This document shows positions 26,245 to 36,859 of a DNA stretch of 64,000 nt, piece after piece. A model generated the notes under the pieces. The model was given only the letters and a program-made list of their open reading frames with translations, did not search any database and had not been told where the DNA came from. Location of the stretch: NCBI GenBank assembly GCA_030390025.1, contig CM059432.1:50532001-50596000 (forward strand). Reading direction: 5' to 3'. The stretch comes from Squalus acanthias. Lineage: Eukaryota. Position 1 is the first letter of the stretch. Each line of letters opens with the position of its first letter. The position numbers and the translations under genes are program-made.

Positions 26245-26590
26245 TTTATAAGAGTACCTTGAACTTGGAAAAAGTCCCAAGACATTTCATAGATACATGA
26301 GGAAAATTGATGACCCAAAAGATAAGGAGAGGTGACCAAGAGCTTGGACAAAAGTGGGTTTTAGGAAAGGTCTTGAAGGAGGAGAGTGAGGCGGAGGGTG
26401 GCAATTCCAGGGAATCGGATCCAGGTGGCTGAAGACATGGCAACTAATAATGGGACGAAGAGAGGGTTGATGCACAAGATGTCAGTCAGAGGAGCAGAGT
26501 TCAAGGGGCAAAGCTATGAAGGGATTTAAACCTAAGAATTTTAAATTTGAAGCATTTGAGGACTGGCAGCTAATAGCGGTCAGTGAGGAC
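26245..26590 (-). mobile_element. Old L2-like 3' fragment
   Basis: Degenerate match to 8150-8480. Confidence 0.55.
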
Positions 26591-28044
26591 AAGGTGCTGG
26601 ACAAGATAAGCAGTTCCAGAAAGGGAAAGAATGATTTGATTTGTAGTGAATATGAAGCATCTGAAAGCCACTATGCTCCAGATGTTCTGATTACCTTTTT
26701 GAGCTCTGTTGGTGTACTGTATACTTGTACCAACACATTCAGCAGGAGAAATTGATGTGAGCATCAGAAATACTCTGCCTATGTGGCCTCATTGTAGGTA
26801 AGGCAGGGTAATTGTTTGATATGAATTTCAGCTTTTGGATGTCTAAATTATGTGATATAGATAGATATAGATGGATGGATGATGCGGGATCTCAGTACAT
26901 TTGTTGTTTGTGTAGGTTTAGTGTCCGTTTCAGCTGCTGGAGGTAAAGGGCAATTGTAAGCTGTTTGAAGGCAGAGAGAGAAGCTGGGTCATGGTGAAAT
27001 TTCCACAGACCCCCAAACAGTAATGAAGCAGGGACCACGGCTACAGTATGATACAAGAGATGCAGGATTGGTGATATTACCAACACCCCAATGCCACCTG
27101 ATTGAGCACGAGTACAGAGAGCATTTGGCAAACACCAATCGGGGATCAAGCTGTGACAGGCAGGCCCTTCCTCGGGAGATGGAAGAAGCGCTTGTAGCAG
27201 ACCTCCTAACCCCTGTGTACTGCACAAACTGGACATGGGTGAGAATATGGAGATTTCTTTCCAGTTTCCCCTAAGCCCTTCCCCCAATCAAATTGGGCTG
27301 GTTGTTGGAGGGGAACAAGACTATTTGAAAGATGGCAATAGTTTTTTTAAATTGCTTATACTTAAGGGAACTAACTTTTTTAGGTTAATTTGATATTTAA
27401 AAAAAAATATGGGATCGGACTGGAAAGTGGAGTTGAGTTAGATCAGCCATGGTCTTATTGAATGGTGGAGCATGCTCGAAGGGCCGTATGGCCTACTCCT
27501 GCTCCTAATTCTTATGTTCTTATACAATTTACAGGCCGTCTAATTGAAAGATATTTGAAAGAGCAATACATATATTTGAACTTACTCATTCTTTGATATT
27601 TGCTTAAAAAACTAAAATGTAAAGTTTAGTAGCTTGTATAAATATTTATTACCGCTCTTAATATTTTCTAAATGTCTAAAAATTAAATAGGTAGATGATT
27701 AAAGGCGGGTAAATGGAGTTGAGGTACAGATCTACCATGATCTAATAGAATGGAAGGACAGGCTCGGGCTGAATGACCTACTCCTGTTCCTATGTATTGC
27801 ATGATTTCAAAGTGCCTGCCCAATTGCTTTTTGAAAAATCAAATCTTTTATGACTGCAACAAGTTAAAGAAGATTGCTGCTGTGGGATCTGAAGTATTTT
27901 GGTCAGGGGTTTTTATGCAGCTTGACCATGCTGCTCTCATAACTAAATTGTTGCTTATGTTTAATTTTAAGCAAGAGCTATTAAAGTTAGCTGCTGATCG
28001 AGACCAATAACTTTTTAAAAGACTAGTTTGAAAGTGGATTCAGA

Positions 28045-30016
28045 TACCCCCACGGCCGCCAACCTCATAGTCCCCGAACCCTGCACAGCCCGCTTCTACC
28101 TCCTTCCCAAGATCCACAAACAGGACTGCCCTGGTAGACCCATCGTTTCAGCCTGTCCTTGCCCCACGGAACTTATCTCTTCCTAGCTCAACTCTTTTTT
28201 TTTCTCCACTTGTCCAGTCTCTTCCCACCTACATCTGCGATTCCTCTGACGCCCTCCGCCACTTTAACAGTTTTCAGTTCCTGGCCCCAACCGCCTCCTT
28301 TTCACCATGGACGTACAATCCCTCAACACCTCCATCCCCCACCAGGATGGCCTAAGGGTGCTCCGCTTCTTCCTTGGACAGAGGCCCAACCAGTCCCCAT
28401 CCACCACCACCCTCCTCCGCCTGGCTGAACTTGTTCTCACATTGAACAACTTCTCCTTTGACTCCACTAATTTCCTCCAAATCAAAGGTGTTGCTATGGG
28501 TACCCGCATGGGTCCTAGCTATGCCTGCCTTTTCGTGGGATATGTGGAACACTCTTTGTTCCAGTCCTACTCGGGTCCCCTCCCTCACCTCTTTTTCCGG
28601 TACATTGACGACTGTATCGGTGCCATTTCCTGCTCTCGCCCTGAACTAGACAATTTCATTCACTTTGCCTCCAATTTCCACCCTTCCCTCACCTTCACAT
28701 GGTCCATCTCCGACTCTTCCCTTCCCTTCCTCGACTTCTCCGTCTCCATCTCTGGGGATAGGTTATTGACCAACATTCACTACAAGCCCACTGACTCCCA
28801 CAGCTACCTGGACTACACTTCCTCCCACCCCACCTCCTGTAAGGACTCTATTCCCTTCTCCCAGTTTCTCCGTCTCCGCCGCATCTGCTCCGACGATGCC
28901 ACCTTCCATACCAGTGTTTCCGACATGTCTTCCTTTTTCCTCAACCGAGGATTCCCCTCTACCGTGGTCGACACAGCCATCGACCGTGTCCGTTCTATCT
29001 CCCACACTTCTGCCCTCACCCCGGCCCCTCCCTCCCGGAACCGCGATAGAGTTCCCCTTGTCCTCACCTTTCACCCCACCAGCCTCCACATACAACGGAT
29101 CGTCCTCTGCCATTTCCGCCACCTCCAACGTGATCCCACCACCAAACGTATCTTCCCCTCACCTCCCCTTTCAGCATTCCGTAGGGACCGCTCCCTCCGA
29201 GACACCCTAGTCCACTCCTCTATCACCCCCAGCACCCCTTCCCCCTCGCCCGGCACCTTCCTGTGCAAGCGCAGGAGATGCAACACCTGCCCTTATACCT
29301 CCCCTTTTCCCACTCTCCAGGGCCCCAAACACTCCTTCCAGGTGAAACAGCGATTTACTTGTACTTCTTGCAATCTAGTATACTGTATTCGCTGCTCACG
29401 ATGTGGTCTCCTCTACATTAGGGAGACCAAACGCAGATTGGGTGACCGCTTTGCGGAACACCTCCGTTCAGTCCGTAAGGGTGACCCCGAGCTTCCGGTC
29501 GCTTGTCATTTTAATTCACCTCTCCACGCCCACTCAGACCTCACTGTCCTCGGCCTCGTGCATTGTTCCACGGAAGCTCAGCATAAGCTCGAGGAACAGC
29601 ACGTCATCTTTCGCTTAGGCACTTTACAGCCTTCTAGACTCAACATAGAGTTCAACAATTTCAGATCATATATATATATATATACATTTTATCCACCCTA
29701 TTGGTTTGTGCCTTTTTCCTTTTTTTCTCTCTCTCCCCCTACGGCAGCTGTCTCTCATTCTGCCAGCATTTCACACCTCAGCTTTTGTTTCTTAACCTGT
29801 CCCATTACCATCTCGTCTTGCCTTGAGCATCTCTTAATGTCTCTACTTACCATTGTTATCTCCCCCAGCCTCCCCTTTGCATTTTTATCTGTTCTAGTTC
29901 CTGCTCTTTTCTCAGTTCTGACGAAGGGTTTCGACCTGAAATGTTCACTCTGTTTCTCTCTCCACGGATGTTGCCTGGCCTGCTGAGTTTTTCCAGCGTT
30001 TTCTGTTGTTTCAGAT
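28045..30016 (+). mobile_element. Penelope-like retroelement (RT + GIY-YIG endonuclease), 5'-truncated
   Basis: ORF 28307-29986: MDVQSLNTSIPH, G.AMGT.MGP.YA, FRYIDD, HYKPTDSHSYL, Cys motif and LVYCIRC..CGLLYIRETKRRLGDRFAEH (GIY-YIG); 3' region carries a hammerhead-like core. Confidence 0.95.
29914..29949 (+). ncRNA. Degenerate minimal hammerhead ribozyme motif in the Penelope 3' region
   Basis: AGTT-CTGACGA-AGG[GTTTCGA]CCT-GAAA-TG-TT-CACT; both core boxes present, helices I and III imperfect. Confidence 0.55.
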
Positions 30017-32206
30017 AGTACTATTTCATTAGAAAACCAGGGCAAGAAAGAGCCATTCATCCCATCAAGGAAAGTCCTTCCAGACGCATGCATAATTATT
30101 CTATTGTGGACTTCTCTCCCCTCCTATACTACTTGTTAATCCCCTTACTTTAGAAAACACTAATTTCCTTCTAAAACAAAACCGAAACAATATTGTCAAA
30201 CACCTCTAACTCTTAATCCTGCTTCTCAACAGATAGTGATCTAGCTCTTTTTTAAAGGAACCAATTGCCCGACTCAGCAACCTTGTCTGGGGAGAGGGGG
30301 AGGGGAGAGAGAGAGAGAGAGCGCACGAGAGGGGGGATTAGGAATTGTTTTCTTTATCTTTCTTGAACCTTGTGACTTTTATTGCCATTAAACATGAAAA
30401 AATAGTAATAGCAGTTATCTTTCACTTTTTCTGTTACGTCTATTGGTTACACAAAGTAGTTACAATATGCTGCTGTCTATAGAGCCATTCCAAAATGGAA
30501 CTTGTTAATGCCTGATCAAGATTTTATACTTAAAGGACTGGCATTTAATTAAAATCAGCTGTAGAATCTTAATGGTTCTGGAGTCAATAGTACAAGTTGA
30601 GGAATGCAGGTTAGTGCATTGTTCTGTTTAATTCAAGAATTCTGCACAGTGGGAGTAATCTGGAATGGTTTGGGACTCTGTTTGCATTTGACATACAAAT
30701 TACAGTTGACAGCTGTACTATTGAATTAATTTTAATTAAATTGGGATTTTTTTCTGGGAGAGTTGGATTATTATAATTACTGTGAATATTATAACCCATT
30801 TTTGAGGCCGGGTACTTGGCCACCTTGGCAGGTACACTGCAGATATGTATTGTGATTACTCCAAAACTGCCATGCAAGTTATTTCAGCTATTGATCAAAG
30901 TGGGTTCAAAGTTTGTCTTAATGGTCATGTTGGTATTCAATGCTTGATTTCTGAGTTTCATAACTTATGGATAGGTGAAATTGGTGTGGGAATTCACTCT
31001 CCTATGGAAACTGTTGGTCTGATAAATATTCCAGTGAGGAATGTGTCCTGTAATTCTACCTGTATATTCTACGTTTCTCTGCAAGCAGTGACCTATTAAA
31101 GTGTCAGTTTTATATAAAAGTGTAGACTACGATCTTGGAAAATCATTCTGTCTGAATTTCTAAATGTAGAATTATTGAATTTAAAAAAAGCTGTGGTAAC
31201 TGGATCTTAGAATCGTGACCTCCAGTCTAAGATGAAGAGCGAAATCATCCAGGGTTCCTGCTTCTGGTGAAAGTACAGGTGGGATTGCATTCGATTGTAA
31301 TAGTCCCTATATAATCAAAAAGTTCTCCATTGTTCCTGGTTTTGACTCGCATGTAGAATAGCCACTTGGATGAGTTACCAGACAGCCTCTAGCAAGAGTT
31401 TTCACCTTCGGGACAGGAGGGGTCTTTTGGAACCAGCAGAAACATTTGTCATCTTCAGAATAAAAGTTAAAAGATCTTTCTGTTGTCTGAGGTTCAGCTA
31501 GTTAAGGCAGCAGTGAGGCATACAGACCAGGAAGTTTCACAAGTTGGCTGAACTCGGCCAAGGCAGCGGTCGAGGTGCTGCACTTCGCCTTTTTAAAGGC
31601 GAGGTGTTCCCACAGTTTACATTTGCACTTACAGAAATTTAGAGATTTGTGATGGTCTTTAATACAATCTAGGTTTTGTTGATTTGGCCATTTTCAACAT
31701 GTGCATTTGAAATGAGTGAAGATAGAAGATGTATTTTGAGATGAGCTTTTTCTTCAGTGCAAGTTTTTTCCCCTGCCCCTTCGAAGGCTGCAACTTGTAC
31801 AGGGATATGGCTCCACAGTTTGTGATAATCTTCCAGTATATCACCCAAATGACTAATTTCACCTTAGGCAGTGAGTAAACAAACTACTTGATGAAGGGGG
31901 AGATGTCCAATCCAGAGTTGGTCACCCAAACTCCAGATGAGCAGGAACTCTTGGTTGTTCAATTCCTTTTCTGCTGTGTTTCTCCAGTTTAGATCAATTT
32001 AACAAAGCACAAACAAGAAATTGAAAATGTTTTCTTCAGTGAAGGTGAAGTTCTATTTCAGCTATATGATTTGGAAACTACAAAATCAACATGTTTTCAC
32101 CAAATATCTAAATACTTAACAGTTAAATTATTGAACACTATTTTGAACGTACAATTTTGTTGCATTTTTGCATGCATACTATTATCTGTCATCTTGTTAA
32201 TCATAG

Positions 32207-32293
32207 GTTTACAAGATACTTGTGAAAAATCATCTGGAGGAGAACTGGGTGGTTTTCAGGAGATATACAGATTTTTCACGATTGAATGACAAG
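32207..32293 (+). CDS. SNX16: SNX16 coding exon 2 (87 nt, PX domain)
   Basis: tcatag|[29 protein letters not shown]|gtttgt; contains the PX RRY..F motif; phase 0/0. Confidence 0.96.
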
Positions 32294-33682
32294 GTTTGTA
32301 ACAAATGTATTTTTCTTTAAGTAGATAGACTAATGGAAAAACTATTTTAAAGTAACACTAATAATATTGCAAGTTCAGATTTAATGTAAACACGGAGAAG
32401 AAATATTTCAACTGAGGAAATAACTACATAAGTGCACACTCCCAAATTTACATTTCTCACCTTCAAATGACTTTTTTCATCCTAACTGAATTGATGGCAT
32501 ATGAGATCCCTAGTGCACATGTCAAAGAAAAATCCCAAAATAGAAACTTTAATTTGAAGATATGCTACTGAGGTTCTTTTTTTAAAGATTCTAATATTGA
32601 TCGCTCATTTGGTAAATGCACTGTCTTGTATGCTACTGAGCCAGGGTAAACCTACATTTAATCCCTACTCGAAGTGGGGGAATTATGATTTGCATTGGTA
32701 TGAGACACCACCTCCAGGAAGGAAAAGGAGAAATATGTTTCAAGTATATGTTTGTATAATTGAAGTGTAATGCAGTGACATTGTCCTTCTACATGCAATC
32801 AAGCAGAAAGGATTGCTGCATCACAGACTCGAGCTGAATACCAGAGGAGAGGAGAAGCAAGAGTAGCTGCCCTCAACCTCAAGGCACCTTTCAACAGAAT
32901 ATAGCACCTGGGATCCCTAGCAAAAACTGAGGTCAATGGGGATCAAATGAAAAACAATCCACTAGCCGGAGTCATACCTGACATAAAGGAAGATGGGAGA
33001 CTGACATCCCAGGACATCACTGCAGAAGTTCCTTAGGAAAGCAAAGACTATGGGCCCCGACAACATCCCGGATTTCGTGCTGAAGACTTGTGCTCCAGAA
33101 CTAGCCGCGCCTCTAGCCAAGCTGTTCCAGTACAGCTCCAACACTGGCATCTACCCGACAATGTGGAAAACTGCCCAGGTATGTCCTGTCCACAAAAAAC
33201 AGGACAAATCCAATCTGGCCAATTACCACCCCATCAGTCTACTCTCAATCATCAGCAAATTGATGGAAGCTGTCATTGACCGTGCTATCAAGCGGCACTT
33301 ACTCACCAATAACGCTCCACTGGCTGGAGTCATACCGAGCACAAAGGAAGATGGTTGTGGTTGTTGGAGGTCAATCATCTCCGCCCCAGGATATCGCTGC
33401 AGGACTTCCTCAGGGCAGTGTCTAGGCCCAACCATCTTCAGCTGCTTCAATAATGACCTTTCCTTCATAAGGTCAGAAGTGGGGATGATTGTGCAGTTCC
33501 ATTCGCAACTCCTCGGATATTGAAGCAGTCCATGCCTGCATGCACCAAGACCTGGACGACATTCAGGCTTGGGCTGATAAGTGGCAAGTAACATTCGCGC
33601 CACACAAGTGACAGGCAATGACTATCTCCAAAAGTGAGAAGTCACACAACACCAGGTTATAGTCCAACAGTTTTATTTGAAA

Positions 33683-33720
33683 TCACAAGCTTTCGGAGCT
33701 GCTGCTCCTTCGTCAGGTGA
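33683..33720 (-). ncRNA. Minimal type-I hammerhead ribozyme motif (intact)
   Basis: Minus strand reads TCAC-CTGACGA-A-GGAGC[AGCA]GCTCC-GAAA-GC-TT-GTGA. Confidence 0.75.
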
Positions 33721-33922
33721 AGTGAAGGAATACGAATCGGCAAAGCATATATAGACAGAGAACAATGCCTGTGCAGCGTACAATGTCAGACGACGACAGT
33801 TAATCTTTCTGACTGCCTGTTAAAAGGCAGTCAGAAAGATTAACTGTAGTCGTCTGACATTGTACGCTGCACAGGCATTGTTCTCTGTCTATACATGCTT
33901 TGCCGATTCGTATTCCTTCACT

Positions 33923-33960
33923 TCAGCTGACGAAGGAGCAGCAGCTCCGAAAGCTTGTGA
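33923..33960 (+). ncRNA. Minimal type-I hammerhead ribozyme motif (helix I mismatch)
   Basis: TCAG-CTGACGA-A-GGAGC[AGCA]GCTCC-GAAA-GC-TT-GTGA. Confidence 0.7.
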
Positions 33961-35807
33961 TTTCAAATAAAACTGTTGGACTATAACCTGGTGTTGTGCG
34001 ACTTCTCACTTTTGTCCACCTCAGTCCAACACCGGCATCTCCGCATTATCTCCAAAAAGACAGAGTCTAACCACTGCCCCTTGACATTCAATGGCATTAT
34101 CATTGCCGAATCCCCCACCATCAACATCCTAGGGATCACCATTGACCAGAAACTTAACTGGACCAGCCGCATAAATACTGTGGCAACAAGAGCAGGTCAG
34201 AGGCTGGGTATTCTGCCGCGAGTGTCTCACCTCCTGACTCCCCAAAGCCTTGCCACCATCTACTATCACAAGTAAGGAGTGTGATGGAATACTCTCCACT
34301 TGCCTGGATGAGTGCAGCTCCAACAACACTCAAGCAGCACGACACCATCCAGGACAAAGCAGCCCACTTGATTGGCGCCCCATCCACCACCTTAAACATT
34401 CACTCCCTCCATCACCGGCGTACCGTGGCTGCAGTGTGTACCATTTACAAGATGCACTGCAGTAACTCACCGAATTCTTTAACAGCACCTCTCAAACCTA
34501 CGATCTCTACCACCTAGAAGGACAAAGGGCAGCAGGCGCATGGGAACACCATCACCTCCAAGTTACACACTGTCCTGACTTGGAAATATATCACCGTTCC
34601 TTCATCGTCGCTGGGTAAAAATCCTGAAACTCCCTCCCTAACAGCACTATGGGAGTACCTTCACCACACGACAGCAGTTGTTCAAGAAGGAGGCTCACCA
34701 CCACCTTCTCGAGGGCAATTAGGGATGGGCAATAAATGCTGGCCTTGCCAGCGATGCCCACATCCCGGGAATGAATTTTTTTTTTAAAGCATCCATGGCC
34801 CAAAATCTTCAGTTGTTTCATCAATGACCTTCCCTCTGCCAAAAATCAGGAGCGGGGCTGTTTGTTGAATGATTCTACTGTGTTCATCTCCATTCACAAC
34901 TCCTTTGATAATGAAACAGCCTAGGTTAGCCTACAGCAGGACTTGGATAACAACCAGGCGCGGGCTAATGACTGGCAGGTAGCATTCAAAAATACCAGAT
35001 ATTGACCATCTCGAACAAGAGAAAGCCCAGCCATCTTCCCTTGACCTTCACCTCTATCACCAGGAAGGACAAGAGTAGCAATGTCGTGGGAACACCATCA
35101 CCTCCAAGTTGCACACCATTCTGACTTGGACATATATCGCTGTTCCTGCATCATTAATGGCTCAATATCTTGAAACTCTCAAACCAACAGCATTGTGGGA
35201 GCTCCGTCACCCCAAGGGCTGCAGTAGTTCAAGGAGAAGGCAATTAGGGAAGGGCAATAAATCCAGCATTGTCAAAATCCTGAAAACAAATTTTTGAAAA
35301 ATGATGATACTCTAAAAATTTATTTTTGGGCTCCATGATTTTTAAAATGATGAGCCTATACGACTAAATGAAATAAATTGTTTTTATTGCAAATGGCTCC
35401 CCTTTTGATGCAAGTTGGTTACATTTTTATCTTTAAATGGTGTGGCTTTTTTCTCTTTTCTTTCCCCCCCCCCCCCCCCCCTCTCCCCTCTTCTGAAGCA
35501 GTGGAGCTGTCCTCCAGTTCCTCTCTCAATTCTTGCTGTGAGCTTAGAGAGGACCTGTGTTGGGAGGTGGTGGGGTGGGGTTCGGAGGTAGGGGGAAGAG
35601 GGAGAGGGAAAAATAAGAGGTGACATACAAATTAGATCCTGTCTTAATTCAATATCCACCTGTAGAGTTTCCTGCAGGGGTCACTGGATAATGATCAGGA
35701 GTAAGATTGTTAAGTCCAATTGAAGGACCCATATTGCTGCCCTGGCTAAAAACATGCACCAGGGATTGAACATTAAATCTTCCTTGTCTGTATAGTTATG
35801 TATCAAA

Positions 35808-35900
35808 TAGGGTTGCCAGCCCTCCCGGATTGTCTAGGACTCCCGGGAGTCTCCTGGAATGGAGGATTGATCTCCCACTGCGACTAACAACCTGGGAGAT
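35808..35900 (+). mobile_element. hAT MITE end fragment
   Basis: TAGGGTTGCCAGCCCTCC resembles the TIR of 14095-14344; other end not identified. Confidence 0.45.
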
Positions 35901-36859
35901 GAGTACTTTGCATGTGTACGGTTCACAATTGTGAATGTATATTGCCGTGTTAACGGATGGCCCAAGGGAATGTAATGAACGCAGAAGCATCCATCCAATC
36001 CAGGATCGTGTTGCAGCCAACACATTCCCCACTCCAAATGCGATTCGCCCCGATCTTGGTACAATTGGTTCTGTGATTCTGGGGTTTAATGGTGGATGTC
36101 TCTACCCAGAATGCATGGCGTGCTAGAATAAGTCCTAATCCTTTCAAAGGAACCAGCTAGATTTTATAGCTCAAATATTGTCATACTTTGAGAGCACTTA
36201 ATGCAAATTTGCCATTCACATTTAGAAACAAAGCACGGAAATACAAAGCCTTAAATTTAATGCGTCCTCCACACAATGTACCTACGGTGTATCTTCCATC
36301 AAACAGTTAATTTCATTCTTTACATTAATTAGTCATTCTCTAAATTACAGTTTTTCAATTGGTAACATTGAAATGATACAGATGAAACAAAACAGTGGCT
36401 GATCGTATTTTCCCTCTTCCTTCTATACATGTGCTTTATATATTTCTATTGTCTCGTTTCTTCGGGACTTTTTTTGTGAGAATATGGAGGGCAAAAACCC
36501 TGCTGCTGATTTTAATTTTTAAAAAACTGGTGAGTGCAAAATGAGATTACCTGCTTGTATTCATGAACATTTTTGGTTAAATTATTGATCCCCAATTTCA
36601 TAGCAGCAGGGTCTCTCTATGTTGCCTGGTAAATTTAGTAACTCATTCAAAATTTTCCGATATGGATTTTGGCAAGTTTGCATGAAGTGCTCTCAAAGTA
36701 TGACCAGGATTAGGGCTTATTCTGCACGCTATATGGAGACAAAGTGCTGTTATAATTTGACATTAACATACCATGCTATCGAAATTCAAATTTACAGGAG
36801 ACCAAATTAGTAGGCACTTTATACCCTAGAAACTATGGAGAAAATTTAAGTTTAAACTA

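Larger units (their letters stand above)
33629..34046. mobile_element. Palindromic Penelope-pLTR/retrozyme-like insertion with two hammerhead motifs
   Basis: 193-bp arms (33629-33821 / 33822-34014) with ~5 mismatches by eye, plus a 32-bp unpaired tail; flanking direct repeat TATCTCCAAAA (33623-33633, 34047-34057) interrupts the host LINE. Confidence 0.88.
32790..35295 (+). mobile_element. Cluster of nested fragments of the LINE family seen at 1340-4410 (mostly +; a minus-strand tail at ~34590-34785)
   Basis: ORF 33050-33523 (KTCAPELAAPLAKLFQYS) and 34281-34517. Confidence 0.85.
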
